Source: Azolla caroliniana
Lineage: Eukaryota > Plantae > Polypodiophyta
Direction: 5' to 3'
Length of the DNA stretch: 64,000 nt
Assembly (NCBI GenBank): GCA_043228905.1
Contig: JBHGNT010000011.1
Span: 7,192,001 to 7,256,000 of the forward strand
Shown here: one piece after another, positions 14,141-28,800 of the stretch
How the letters are laid out: each line of letters begins with the position of its first letter
Position numbering within the stretch: the first letter of the stretch is position 1
Made by a program: the position numbers and the translations under genes
The notes under the pieces: generated by a model
Databases searched by the model: none
Seen by the model: the letters and a program-made list of their open reading frames with translations, nothing else
What the model was told of the DNA's origin: nothing

Positions 14141-17100
14141 ACTCCAAATTTGACTATTGTTTGCACAATATATTCTTTATTATCTCATTCAAATATCTAA
14201 CATTTCATGGGCTTATGTAATTTTTTTCTATAGCATAATTGATAATACCCTTATGTAAATATATTTTTTATGCATTTGTTAATACCTTATATATATACAT
14301 TCTGTATCTCAATGGTTAATTTAAACCCCTTTTGATGAACTCACGTGCTATCATACAAGTTCTCACAGTGAAACCCCTAGATCAATCACTCGGTATGAGC
14401 ATTGAAGTACTTGACAGTACTTCTGTCAGTCTTTTTATGGACTTGTATAAAAGTGCTCACAGAGCACATTGTATGCATAGAGTGTTCATTATTTTTTAAT
14501 AGAGTTTTATGTTCTGCTCTCTCTATCTCTCCCGTGTATTGTACATTCTCAAGCTTCCATTAAACCTTCATATCTATCTTTCTGTTGCTAAACGACTGAG
14601 CCGGTTGTGTCTACACTTTTGCACATAACTTTTTCGATGGCCGATTCCTTCCACTTTGTACCCTTAGTGTGAACACACTCACTAGTTAGGGCTTGAGTAT
14701 ATAAGCTCAAACCTTAGTACATTGTAAAGCATATCTTGGAGTAAAAAGAGTTACAGAAAAGAGAATAAGAGAGAACTTCCATTGAAGCTTAATCTATGTC
14801 TATCTTATACCTTTCTTCTTGTTGTTGTTGCATATCTGTGTTGCTTGCTGTACACATCTTACATTGTAGGTCCTTATCATATTCAACATCTAGAATATTA
14901 CAACAAGTGGTATCAGAGTGACCTTGCTATCTAGTGACGATGAATAGCAGAAAAGCTAAGAAGAGAAGTCATCCAGATGAGAGAAAAAAGACAAGGTCAA
15001 GAACATCTACTTTCAATAAAAGAATGACGACACAGTTCGGCACGAGTGTGGAAATCCGGAAGTTCGATAGGAAGAACTTCACTATGTGGAAGGAAATGAT
15101 GCAGTATTTCCTCATCATCTAACGACAGATTGAAGCCATTCAACACACTACCAAGCTAGCTTCAATGTCTGTAGAAGAATGACGATCTATGGACAAAATG
15201 GCCAGATTGATCATTCGAATGCACCTGGCCAAAAATGTCTATTTCAGTATGACAAGGGAGACGCTTGCATTCTCTTTGTCGGAGAAACTACAGGCGGTGT
15301 ATGAGAAGAAATCCTACTCATCAAAGTTGATACTGATTCGACAATTATTCAACATGAAGATGAGAGAGACAGATCCAACAACCTCCCACATCAACACCTT
15401 TAGTCGGGTGTTATCTGAACTCTCTTCCCAAGGGATTAACTTTGAAGAAGAAGTTAAATCCCTTGCCTCCCTTTCAAGATTGCCGACGAGTTGGGAGGTA
15501 TTCTACACGACTTTTGCCAGCAGTAGTCCGAATCTAAATCTAGATGAAACGATCAGGCAAGTCCTCACCGAGGACATTCAGTGAAAATCAATGGGACTCA
15601 CCATCGATGAGTCGAAAGAAGCCCACCATTCGGCCAAGTCGATTGAGAGAGCAAGTCGAAAGAACCGGTGGAAACACTAGTCAAATAGGAAAGAGGGGAG
15701 ACCGACAACGGTCGAAGTCAAGGAATAGTCGACCAAGTGATTTGTGCACCCACTACAAAAGAGCCGATCACAATGTTTTTGATTGTTGGTCGATTAAAAG
15801 AAAGGAGAGTGGTTGACAATTCGAGCAGAATTCAGGATGTTTTGACTCGAACCGTTCTCCAGTCGGCAACCAAATCAATGTTGCCGACTCTTGATCAGGA
15901 GAAATCCTCTCTCTAGAGGACTTGACGATCAAAGAAGTCCTCTACAGTGTTCAAGATGCACGAACATGGTTACTAGACTCCGGTGCAACATTTCACATGA
16001 CGCCAAACATCCAATGGTTTTCAAGCTATTCGACCGGAGCCGACGACAATAAACAGGAATGCAAAATTGCTAGAATTAGAGAAGTACCAATTCGATTGTT
16101 GAATGACAATACAATCATCCTGCACCATGTTCAGCATGTACCCGAGCTCAAAAGGAGTCTGGACTCCATCGACATGTTAGCCGAAGTCAGGTACTGAACA
16201 ACTCTTAGCGAGTCATCATGGATGATCAGCCAAGGAAAAATGAAAATATGGTGCGAATGCAAGTATAACAACCTGTATCTGTTGATGACGATTAGTTCAG
16301 AAGGGGCCATGAACGTAATCAATTCTTCAAAATCAAACTTATGGCATGGTCGACTCGGCTATATGTCGCAAGCCAGACTGGACCAACTGATGACGATCCG
16401 CTACATCCTGAAACTCCAACCGAAGACGGACTTTTGCAAGCATTGTGGTTACGGGAAACAAACCCAAAGTCTGCTCTCTCTCTAGTATGAGACGATACGA
16501 CAACCCCTGGAACTGGTCCACACAAATATATGTGGGACGATGCTTGAAAGGTCACTAGGAGGCTCTCGGTACTTCATCACATTCGTCAATGATTGTACAT
16601 GGAAGGTTTGGGCCTACTCGATTAGGTTGAAAGACGAAGTGCTCGAGGTCTTCACTCGGTGGTTAGCCGAAGTGGAGAACCTATCAGGGCATAGGGTGAA
16701 TATACCTCCTGAGTCTTCAAACAATACTTGTCCGAAAAAGAGATCCGACGCCAAAAGACCGTTCCCTACACTCCTATGCAAAATGGCATGGCGGAAAGGA
16801 TCAATCGAACGACCCAAGAGATAGTGACAGTAATACTCCAACAATTGGGCTGAGGCATTACAGACAATAGTATACCTGATAAATCTGTTTCCGTCGAGAG
16901 CAATCTGGCTCGAAATGCCGAAGGAACTATGGTCTGGCAAACAACCGACCTATGAAAGGCTTCATATATTCGGATGAGAAGCCTATGCCTTCATCCCTAG
17001 GGACAAATGGACCAATTTGGTACCCCAACCACTTAAGTGTATATTTCTTGTTATGGAACCGATAGGGACTTCAGCTATTGGCTATGGGACCCGGAGAACC

Positions 17101-19659
17101 AAAAATTGATCCGGAGTAGTGACGTAGTCTTGAATGAAGACTCAATACTCTCTAACCCAATCCAACTAAAAATCGGCAAAAAGGTCTCATTTGACATCGA
17201 TAGAGATGTTGTAGAAGGATTGTCCCACCGGGCCGAATCGGAGATTCGAAAAATAGTCGGAATCAACCAAGCCAACAACCCCCTTGCCGAATCTAAATCA
17301 ACAAGAGGTCCACTATTCGAAATCAATTCGACTAGAAGATTGACAAGAGCCAAAAAGGATAGACTTGAATCGATCAACTCGCCAAAACAGACAGAGGTAC
17401 CGAAAAGTCGAACCGAATTGGCTAAGGCACCAACCACTCAGTTAATCGATCCCGAAGAAGGGGAGGATGATTCGGCATCACCGAAATCCTATTTAAGGGG
17501 CAAGTCATCCCACAGGACTTCTAATGATGGTTCAAGAAATGCCAATCAGTCGATAGAGATGATTGAAGGATCTGAACCAAAGATCTCGACACCCAGGAGA
17601 TCTAGACGAGTTAGAAAGCCAACAAAGTTTTACCAACCGGGCCTCGACTACGTCCATTACACGGACACAAGCGAACCAAGCTCCTACGAGGAAGCTATAG
17701 CCTTGCGGGACGCTAACACATGGCTACATGCCATGAAATCCGAGATGGACTTGATTCATCAGAATCAAACATGGGAGCTGGTCGAATTTACTATATGGAA
17801 GGAGGTTGTTGCCCTACAAATGGGTCTTTCGATACAAATATGTTAGGTTTTAAACTTAAAATGAACAGAGAAAATAGACTGAAAACACAATACAGAAACT
17901 TAAAGTACACAAGATTTACGTGGAAACCTTAAAACGGGGAAAACCATGGGGTAGCAAAGTTTCACTATGATTCAAGCGTACAAAAACAACTTACAAAGCT
18001 CTCTCAAGTTAGCTACATACAGAGCTCAGATATCAGAGAACCCGTTCTTAGGGTTTTGGCGAGTTCCACAAAATTGTGCCGTCACTCGATACCACTCACT
18101 CACTTTCTCTTCTACCTTTTGTATATCTTAAATCATTCAATAATACTATTGCTGCAACACCTTAATCTTGCCCTAGCTCCATATATATATGTGTGTGTGT
18201 GTGTGTGTGAATAAGATATGATTATAATATAATAATAATAATTTATCGGCCGACTTGTCGACTCGATTGTCCGACCCACAAATCGACAGTCTAGTTGGTT
18301 CGACTAGTGAGCCTCAACTTCGATTACCAGATCAAATCAGTTGACTACCAAGTCGATCTGGCCAGATGACCAGATCCGGCTACCGACTTCTCCCATTAGG
18401 AGGGACAAAGTCCTAACAAACTCCCCCTTCACTCCTATAGGGAGAGTCAGCCAAACTTGCCTTTTGTTTACAAGCACTAACTCTTTCCATAGGTAGGATT
18501 TTCGTGAACATGTCTGATCCATTATCATTAGTATGGATCTTCACAAGGGTAAACTCATTCTCATCCACTTTCTCACGTAATTAGTGATACTTCTATGTAT
18601 ATGCTTGGTACGAGAGTGATAAGCAGCGTTCTTGGCTAGATGTATGACACTTTGATTATCATAGTGAAGTAAGAACCTTTCTTGCTTCATTCCGAGTTCT
18701 CTGAGAAACAACCTTTCTTGCTTCATTCCGAATTCTTCATCCAAATAAGCTCCTTCCCGACCTCTACCATAGCCATATACTCAGCCTCTATGGTCGATAG
18801 GGCCACAACCTTTTGCAATCTGGATTGCCATGACAATGCTCCCCCTGCATAGGTTATCACATATCCTAATGTGGATCGACAAGACTCTACATCCCCCGAC
18901 ATGTCGAAATTTGTAAGGCCTTCGAGCATAGGTTTTCCAGAGCCATACCTAGGGCATACCCTTGAGCTTCCTTTCAAATACATGAATATCCATTTTACAG
19001 CTGCCCAATGTTCTCTTCATGGATTACTCATGTATCAACTTACCATTCTGACCGCAAATGCAATGTTCGACCTCGTAAAGACCATAACATACATTAGACT
19101 ACCAATGGCTGAGGCATATGACACTTTCTTCATCTTAGCCTTATCCATCTCGCCTCTTAGACATTGTCTAGCATTTATCTTGCAATTTACTGGTAGTGTA
19201 GACCCTATTGGTTTTGCCTTAGACATGTTAGATCTTCCAAAACTTTTGTCCCATATTTTTTTTGTGACAGCCATAACATATTCTTAGTCCTATCCCAAAC
19301 TATATGCATCCCCAAGATTTGTTTAGCCGGTCAAAGATCCTTCATGGCAAACGATTTACCTAGAGCTTTCTTTAAGCTCACAATCCTTTTGATATATTGT
19401 GTGACGACTAACTTGTCATCCACATAGAGTAAGAGAATCAAGAAGTCACCTTCACTATACCTTTTTACAAAAACATAGTGATCAACTTGTGTTTTATGGA
19501 ATCCATGTTCCAACATGAAGTATTCAAACTTCTTATACCATTGAGGTGGAGCTTGTTTTAGAACATACAAGCTCTTCCTTAGTTGATACACCAAATGCTC
19601 TTTTCCTTTCTCCACAAAAGCTTTAGGCTGCTGCATATAGATTTCTTCATCTAGCTCCC

Positions 19660-22600
19660 TGTTGGCATAAAAGGCCGACTCCTTCCAAATTGTATCCTTC
19701 CTAGTGTGAACTCGGTAATAAGTTAGGGCTTAGTATATAAGAGAATACCTAACATTGTAATGAAAAATGACGAGTGTAATTCTGAGAGAGAGAAAACGAT
19801 TTGTGTAGAAACAAGAAGCTTTCCATTAAACTCCATCCGTGTAAGTCTCAATCATCCTTTTCTACTTTTTGTTTACATTGTTTGCCGTTCATAGCCACAC
19901 GATCCGAACAAACACTTCTGCACATTCGGTGACATATTCAACAATTGGTATCAAAGCGAATCTTTGTTGTTCGGTGGCAACAGACAACAGAAGAAGCTGA
20001 AAGAAAAGACCTGGTCAGAAATCTTAAATCTAAAGATAGAATAGGGCTTCAATATCCGGAACAGGAGTTGAAATCAATATGTTCGACAGCAAAAACTTTG
20101 CCCTGTGGAAAGAGATGATGCAGGATGTGCTGATCATCCAAAGGCAGGTCGAAGCCATTCAACACAACGAAAAACCTGCTTCAATGACAGCTGAGGACAG
20201 ATCAACAGACGAAATAGCTTGCTCCACCATCCGAATGCATCTGCCTGAAAAATTCTATTTCAGCATGGCAAGAGAGACGACAACGTTCTCATTGTGGGAG
20301 AAACTACAGGCCATCTATGAGTAGAAGTCCTCATCTTCAAAACTTATCCTGATCAAACAATTGATCAACATGAAGATGAAAGAGACTGATCCGACAACCT
20401 CCCACATCAACACCTTCGGCCGGGTGTTGTCAGAGCTCTCCTCCCAAGGGATCAACTTCGAAGAAGAAGTCAAAGCCCTTGCCCTCCTATCGAGCTTGCC
20501 GACGAGTTGGGATATATTCTGTACGACATACGCCAATAGACGACCAATCCTAAATTTGGACAAAACAACCAGCCAAGTCCTCAAAGAGGACATCAGGCAA
20601 AAATCCATGGGACTATCCATCGACGAGTCAACAGAAGCCCACCACTCGACCGAACCGGTCGAGGATATAGCCGATCGAAAACAAGGGGTGACCGACAATG
20701 GTCGACGTCGAGAACGGGCTGAACAAGTGAGTACTGCACACACTGTAGGAAAGCTGGCCACAATGTTTCCGACTACTGGTCAATAAAAAGAAAAGAGAGT
20801 GGTCGGCGATCCAAGAGGAATCGGGGATGTTCCGACTCGGAGCACTCTCCAGCCCGCAACCAGATTAATGTTGCCGACACCCGATCCAGAGAAATCCTCT
20901 CCCTTGAGAATTCGATGATCGGAGAAGTCCTCTATAGTGCACAAGTTGCACACACGTGGCTACTAGACTCTGGTGCCGCATTTTACGTGACCCCCAATGT
21001 TGAATGGTTCTCGAACTATTCAGCCGACAACAGCGGCACAGTCTTACTCGGAGACGGGCAAGAGTGCAAGATAGCTGGAATTGGGGAGGTTCGCATCAAA
21101 TTGCGAAATGGCAACACAATAACCTTGCACCGAGTTCGTCACGTACCCGATCTAAAGAGGAGGCTAGTCTCCATCGGCATGTTAGCCGAAGATGGGTATC
21201 GAACGACTCTACACGAGTCGACATGGGTGATCAGCCGAGGAAAACTCAAAATCGGTAGTGGGCATAAGCATAATAATCTATACCCATTGATGGCGATCAA
21301 CCTTGAAGGGGCCGTGAACGTAGCCGAGAAAACCAACCCGAACTTATGGCATGGCCGACTTGGCCACATGTCTCAAGCCGAACTTGATTGGATGATGTCG
21401 GTCGGCTACATCCTGAAACTCCAGGCAAAGACGGACTTCTGCAAGCACTGTCGATATGGGAAAGAGACCTGAAGTCCGCACTCTTTCCACTAAGAGATGG
21501 TACGACAATCCCTAGAGCTCGTGCACATGGACATATGTGGGCCCATGCCAAAGTGATCACTAGGAGGCTCTCGGTACTTCATCACATTTGTAGATGAATG
21601 TACATGGAAAGTTTGGGCATACTCCATCAAGTCCAAAGATGAAGGGCTCGAGGGCTTCACTCGATGGATATCTGAAGTGGAGAACCGGTTGGGACACAGA
21701 GTGAAGACATTCCCATCTGACAACGGAGGTGAGTACACCTCCAGAGCCTTCAAACAGTTCCTGTCCCAAAAAGGGATCCAGCATCAAAAGGCCATTATTT
21801 ACACACCCATGGAGAATGAGGTGGTTGAACGGATCAACCGAATGATCTAGGAGAGGGTGATGGCAATGTTCCACCAAGACGGACTGAAGCTGGAATTCTG
21901 GGCCGAGGCATTGCAGATGACTGTGTACTTGATAAATCTAGCGCCGTGAAGAGCAATTAGGTTTGAAGTGCCATAGGCACTATGGTCAAGAAAAATAGTC
22001 AACCTACAATACACTTTGTATATTCGGATGTGAAGCCTACGCATTCATCCTCAGGAACAAAAGGATGAAGTTGGCACCCCATGCAACAAAGTGCATATTT
22101 CTCGGTTATGGAACCGATGGGGACTTCGGCTACCGGCTATGGGACCTTGAGAAGTGGAAATTGATTTGGAGTAGTGACGTAGTGTTCAATGAAGACTTTA
22201 TCTTCTCTCAACGGAACCAACAGAAAACAGTTGGTAAGAAGGTATCCTTCGAAGATGAGAATGTCATCATAGAAGGAACGACCCAACGGGCCGAATCGGA
22301 GACTCGACAAACAGTCGAACTCCAACAAACTGCCAACTTCCCTTCCGACACCGAATCAGCAATAAGTCCCAACGTCAAACTCAAAGACAAAGTCATCAAA
22401 GACAAAGCTGAATTGACAAAGGTCGATTAGGGTAGAGTCAAGAAGGGACAAGTCAGAAAAGAGTGGACAACAACCGCAGGGGAGAACAACTAGACACTGC
22501 TGAAATTCCAAACCGGGGGCAGAATATTGAACAAGACTCTTGACTCAACTAGTTCAACAAATACTGATCGTGAATCCAAATCGATCGAAGAATCTGAACC

Positions 22601-25118
22601 AGATATTACCACAACCAAGAGATCTGGACGAGCTCAAAGGCAAACTGAGTTTTATCAACCGGGCATTGACTATGTCAACTACACGGATGCAGGCGAACCA
22701 AGCACGTATGAAGAAGCTAAGGCCACACTGGATGGCGAAACATGGCTACAAGCCATGAAATCTGAAATGAACTCGATTCATCAGATTCATACATGGGAGT
22801 TGGTCGAACTACCAGCAGGAAGAAAGCTGTTACCTTGGAAATGGGTGTTCCGATACAAGTATGTATCCGACTCAGAGAAACCCAAGTACAAAGCTGGGCT
22901 TGTCGCGAAAGGATTCAATAGGAATACGGGGTCGACTACAACGAGATATTCTCACCAGTAGTCAAGATGACCACCCTTCGACTCCTTCTAGGAGTCGTGG
23001 CGACAGAAGGTCTAGCGCTCGAGCAGATGGACGTAATGACGACATTCCTATACGGAGATCTGGAAGAAGACATCCACATGTCCCAATTGGTAGGCTTCAC
23101 GGCGACGGGAGAGGACAGTCACCTCATATGCAAACTAAAGAAAAGTCTATATGGCCTCAAACAAGCGCCGTGAATGTGGTAGCAGAAGTTCGAGTCCCAC
23201 ATAAGGCAGCTTGGATACAACAGATTAGACTCTGACCCATGCAACAAAGTGCATATTTCTCGGTTATGGAACCGATGGGGACTTTGGCTACTGGCAATGG
23301 GACCTTGAGAAGTGGAAATTGATCCGGAGCAATGACGTAGTCTTAAATGAAGACTCTATCTTCTCTAAAAGGAACTAGCAGAAAACAGTGGGGAAGAAGG
23401 TATCCTTCGAAGGTGACAACGTCATCGTAGAAAGATCGACCCACCGGACCGAATTAGAGAGTCAACAGACAGTTCAACTCCAACCACTCGACAACGTCCC
23501 AACTGACACCGAATCGGCAATAAGTCCCTACGTCAAACTCACAGAAAAAGTCATCAAAGATAGAGCCGAATCGACGAAGATTGATCAAGGCAGAGTCAAC
23601 AAGGGAGAAGTTAGAAGAGAGTCGACAACAACCGCAGGGGAGAACAACTAGACACCACCGAAATCCCAAAGCGGGGGCGGAATACCGAACAAGACTCCTG
23701 ACTCAACTGGTTAAACAAATGCCGTTCGTCAATCCGAACCGATCAAAGAATCCGAACCAGATATCACGGCACCTAGGAGACCTGGACGAGCTCGAAGGCA
23801 AACCGAGTTTTATCAACCGGGCCTCGACTACGTCAACTACACGGATGTAGGCAAACCAAGCATGTATGACAAAACTATGGCCACACTGAATGCCGAAACA
23901 TGGCTGCAGGCCATGAAATCCGAGATGGACTCGATTCACTAGAATCAAACATGGTCGAACTACCCGGAGGAAGAAAGCCGCTACCTTGCAAATGGGTGTT
24001 CCGATACAAGTATGTATCTGACTTAGACAAACCCATGTACAAAGCTTGGCTTGTCGCGAAAGGATTCGAACAGGAATACGGGGTCGACTACGACGAGATA
24101 TTCTCACCAGTAGTCAAGATGACCACCCTCCGACTCCTAGGAGTCGTGGCGACAGAAGATCTAGAGCTCGAGTAGATGGAGGTAAAGAAGGCATTCCTAC
24201 ACGGATATCTGGAAGAAGACATCTACATGTCTCAACCGGCAGGCTTCACGAGGATGGGGGAGGACAGTCACCTCGTATGTAGACTAAAGAAAAGTCTATA
24301 TGGCCTCAAACTAGCGCCGAGAATGTGGTAGTAGAAGTTCGAGTCCCACATAAGGCATCTCGGATACAAGAGAGCAGACTCTGACCCATGCATGTATGTT
24401 CGGCAACTGGCCGACGAGTCCAAGATCTATCTGATCGTTTATGTCGACGACATGCTGATTGCAGGGAGCAATCAAGCAGAGATCGGAAAGCTCAAGCGGA
24501 GCCTTCACGCAAAATTCACGATGACGGAACTCGGACAAGCCCGACACATACTGGGCATGAGGATAGAGCAAAATCGGATGACTAAAACTCTTCGACTCTC
24601 CCAATCCGAATACATCCGCAACGTGTTAAAGCACTTCAACCTAGATAACGCGAAGCCAACATTGACACCACTTTCGACGTTAATCAGACTATAGGATAGA
24701 GACTCTCCTGCAATGGACAAGGAGAGAGAGCTTAATGGAAAGATATCCTATACATCGGTAGTAGGAAGTATCATGTACGCAATGGTAGTGACCCGACCCG
24801 ACCTAGCCTATGCCGTAAGGGTGGTCAGCCGGTACATGTCAAACCCAGGAAAGAAGCATTAGGAGGCCGTCAGGCACAACTGACATTCGGCTCGACAACA
24901 TCAACTGAAGTCAAAGGCTACACCGATTCCGACTATGCCGGAAACACGGACAATCGGAAATTGACATCAGGCTACATATTCACCTATGGTGGTGGTGCGA
25001 TATCATGGAGGTCGAAACTACAAGAGTGCATGACTCTATTACCACAGAAGCCGATTACATAGCAGCATCGGAAGCAGCGAAGGAAGCGATGTGGCTGCAC
25101 CGACTGTTTGCCGATTTC
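19660..25118 (+). mobile_element. Ty1/copia element (5' LTR 19660-19943, PBS 19946-19957, degenerate gag-pol), truncated in RNaseH
   Basis: TGTTGG...CAACA LTR, TGGTATCAAAGC PBS, WLLDSGA protease, LWHGRLGH, YVDDM; ends at EAMWLHRLFADF. Confidence 0.9.
22078..24384 (+). repeat. ~1.15-kb internal tandem duplication (22078-23235 / 23236-24384)
   Basis: The INT-tail to RT segment occurs twice; CCCATGCA at 22078, 23236 and 24385. Confidence 0.9.
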
Positions 25119-25457
25119 GGAGCGGTGTCGTGAAGATTTTCGACAATAGTGTGAAAATCCCATAAAACGTACGAAATCGAGTATGAATCACGTAGTACAA
25201 TAATTGTGAAGATAACATTTTAAATAGATTTAATATCTAAGTACAAAATGATGGAGGTTTCGAATGCACTTTATTACACGAGAAACGGACAACTAAATGT
25301 CAAGATATGAGGGTATAAAGTTTGTAAAAGGAAAAGATGAAAATTAAGAGGAAGAAATTCATTATGAAATTGATCGTGTAACTTGTTTCTTAAATCTAAA
25401 GCTAAAAGTTCAATCAATCTCTCTCAATCATGTAATCTCAACTTCTCTCTTTCCCAC

Positions 25458-25697
25458 TCTATCTTAAGTACTTTCTCGCCAAAGCTTGTATCGACTCTAA
25501 ATCCTTCTGGTCCAGAACCCCGGCGGTTCCGCCTCACGATCCGCGCGTAGTCACGGATCTTCACAACATAATTAAGTTCCCAATCTATCTTAAGTACTTT
25601 CTCGCCAAAGCTTGTATCGACTCTAAATCCTTCTGGTCCAGAACCCCGGCGGTTCCGCCTCACGATCCGCGCGTAGTCACGGATCTTCACGACATAA
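25458..25697 (+). repeat. Tandem duplication with 126-bp period in the gypsy leader
   Basis: TCTATCTTAAGTACTTTCTCGCC...CACGGATCTTCAC starts at 25458 and again at 25584, near-identical. Confidence 0.92.
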
Positions 25698-25872
25698 TCA
25701 AGGGAAGACTTGACAAATCAAGCAAGCAGCGCAGGAAATTATAGCTGATCGCTCGTTTTCCAACGTAATCCGGAGAGTAGCAGAGGAGTCCCTCCGGTTA
25801 CAGCAAACATCGCACCCGGATGACGGCAGCAACCTAATAAGCCTCCGGGAAACTGAATCCCTTCTCCAGGCG

Positions 25873-28800
25873 TTGGCAAGCGGAGAAGGCGAAGCAGAAG
25901 CCTTTTCAGCGTATGAATCGGATTCCGAAGGGGGATACAGCGGGCATACGAACTACTGTAGCAGCAACGACACCCCAGGCGGACCAGAGGACGAAGGATT
26001 GGACACCCTACCGAGACCGGAACCGGAAGTGCTAAGGCTGGAACCTCCGAAACCAGAAGCAGAGGAAGAGCGACCTCCGACACTGGAAGTCGAGGAGGAG
26101 AGGCCTCCGTCACCAAAAGAAGAGGAAAGACCACCGACGCCGGAGACAAATCAGGAACGACCACCGACGCTGGAGAAAAACCAGGAACGACCACCAACAC
26201 CACCAGCCTGCGCACCGATACTGGACGACGACATGCCATTCCAGTACTCCAAGTATAGAGACGATCCGGACGCGGAAGCTCATGTTCACGCCTTTGAACA
26301 GACATGGGAAGCAAACCATGTGTCCCAGCGATTGACCCCGGAGGAAGAGGAACATTCTAAGATAGCGGAATTTGGCGTCACATTGGAGGGACCGGCAGCA
26401 AGATGGCGCCGGACGCAGGACCCGTCTATCATCACCACCTTCACAGATTTAAAAGCTAAATTCTTGCATTTTTTCCAAAAGGAGGTGGACCAGACAATAA
26501 TGGTGGGCTTGTTTTATACCATCCGACAGGAGGAAGGGGAGAGCATTCCCCAGTTTGTCATCCGGTTTCAACGGATGCATAGTCAGCTTGCCTGCGCACC
26601 CCCGGAGGAGGAATTACAGACTATATTCCTAAATGCGCTCCGGGAACCCCCTACACACGGTTTGCATGGTAATTGACTTCCACGCAAGTACCATCGACCA
26701 GGTCATTGAACGGGTGAGAGAGATGGAAAAGACAAGCTCTTGGCTCACACTGGGAGCACTCCAACGGGCGTTACCGTCCGATGAAGACCTCCGGTTTCGG
26801 CAAGCAATACAGTGCACAACCCGCTTGAATTCCGGACACTCGGCACTAGAATGCACTATGAGGACACAATGTGTAATCTGTCAATCCAAGGGCCATACGA
26901 TGGATAGGTGCGAGTATAATCTATTGAATCTGCAAGCACCGCCCATCCGACAAATAGAGCCACGCAACAGCCGGGATGAAGAAGAGGAACGCTGGCGGCG
27001 AATGGACCACGACCGACCGGCACAGGATGTCTGGTACGGTGATCGGCAGGATAACTATGACCGGTACGATAGATATGATCGGTACCGGGATTACAATAGA
27101 CGATATGAACATTACGACCGCGAGCACTCCCCCGGGTATCGTCAGCAACGGGAGGAATACGGCAGAGGCAGATATAACGACCAACCTCGTCAAGAGTACC
27201 GCAATAAGAAGAACTATAACAAAAAATGGCATTTCAAAAAAGGTGGCCACCCACGGGATCCGGAACAAGGAGCTTCAAGTAGCCAACCGCCCCAAAACCC
27301 CGCGCTTACCACATGACCTGCCCCGGGTACAACAAACAATGCCGAATCTAGCAATAACCGGAAAGCCTACTGCTACTACTGCCGACAGGAAGGCCATTAT
27401 AGTAATCAATGCCCGGCGAAGAGCTATGACAAACGACCGGCAGTAAATATGGTAGTCCCTGAAGCGGTAGATCTGCAGCAGGTGACCACAAGGTCGAAGG
27501 GCATGGCCAAGGAATGGGAGACGCAGGAGACCATCCGGAAGCAAGCGACGGAATGGGTGAAGAAAGCAAACGAGCAAAACGTAACAGACTTAGAGCGGCA
27601 AAAGGAGAACACCGTAGGGCTTGCCGGCGGCAGTCACTCCGAGAACGAGACATGGCAGGCGTTGCAAGAATGCCAGATTACGCTGCCACTAGGAAGACTC
27701 CTACAGCTCGTGCCGAGATTCATGGAAGGACTGAAGACAGCCATGACAGAAGGAGAATCATCACCGGCACCGGTACTCTTCTCGAATCCGGAGGAGGGAC
27801 CAACGGTGGTGGACACCAACAGTCCGGTAATTACTGCCATTGTAAAAGGGAATAGACAGAGGCTCCGGTGTGAATGTAATAAGCCTCCTGACGTGTGATG
27901 CCCTGGGAATCCATGAGTGGGAGCCGTGTTCGTTTTGGTTACGGATGGCCGATACAAGCTCAGTGCGGCCGACAGGATTAATACGAAAATTAGAAGTCAC
28001 CGTTGGTGGTCATACATTTCACATTTCGGCAGTAGTGCTACAATTACAGGCACAAGGCGCGTACCTCCTATTGCTAGGGCGGCCGTGGTTGAAAACGGCA
28101 CATATCAAACAGAATTGGACGAAAAATATAATTACCTTCCGGCGAGGAAAAGCCAAGGTACGTGTACCAACACAGCCAAGGACAAGCACTGGCAAGGAAT
28201 GTACACCATTGTATGTAGAGTGCGTCAACATGCTAGAAGGGTTAGCCGACAAAGAAGAAGCTCAGTACTTGCAGGAAAACCCGAAGATCGTACCTCTCTT
28301 CGAAATTGAGATTGCCGAAGCAGTAGCACCATACTTACCACAGCTAGAAGAGACTGAATCCGAGAGTTACGGCAATCCGAGAGTTACGGCATCATACAGA
28401 CGCAATCCGAGAGTTACGGCAAGCGCAGGAAACGTTTCACAGCGCGTAAAAGTGTCGCAACTTGAAGAGGTGAACTTAGGGACCACGGACGAAGCAAAAC
28501 CGGTGCACATCGCCAAGGAGATGAAGTCCGAAGACAAGAGGCGATGATCATACTTCTCACGGAATTTCACGACGTGTTTGCCTGGTCATACGAAGACATG
28601 CGAGGGTTCGACCCTCAGTTATACCAGCATCAGATTCACTTGAGCAAGGACGCAAAACCAGTGGCACAAAGACGGTACCGGATGAATCCCAATTATGCCG
28701 CCAAAGTCAAGGAGGAAATCGACAAACTGCTAAGAGTTGGCTTTATCCGTCCGGTAAAGAAAGCGACATGGCTGAGCCCGATCGTAGTCGTACCGAAGAA

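Larger units (their letters stand above)
8615..14380. mobile_element. Non-autonomous TIR-type insertion (imperfect ~46-bp TIRs, degenerate ~10-bp TSD) filled with TATG low-complexity DNA and a LINE
   Basis: Left CCAAGGGCTCCACTATATATAAAGAGGTTATATCACGTGTGTTCAT vs right ATGAACTCACGTGCTATCATACAAGTTCTCACAGTGAAACCCCTAG; flanks GTCAATCGCC / ATCAATCACT. Confidence 0.5.
8486..14638 (+). mobile_element. Degenerate copia-type LTR (family of 61917-62326) split in two (8486-8615 and 14381-14638)
   Basis: GACAAGCTCAAC...GGTAGGCCGTTA...GGAGTTAGTGT matches the 5' part and TATGAGCAT...AAAAGTGCTC...CCATTAAACCTTCAT...CTGAGCC the 3' part of 61917-62326. Confidence 0.75.

Noticed and set aside
11741-14147. Many Cys/Tyr/Met/His-rich ORFs
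   Set aside because: Translation artefacts of TATG low-complexity DNA; the same applies to 8751-9026.
8625-14370. CACTA superfamily element (CACTA...CAGTG ends)
   Set aside because: No 3-bp TSD (CTC vs AAA), and the inverted similarity extends about 10 bp further out, so the superfamily is left unassigned.
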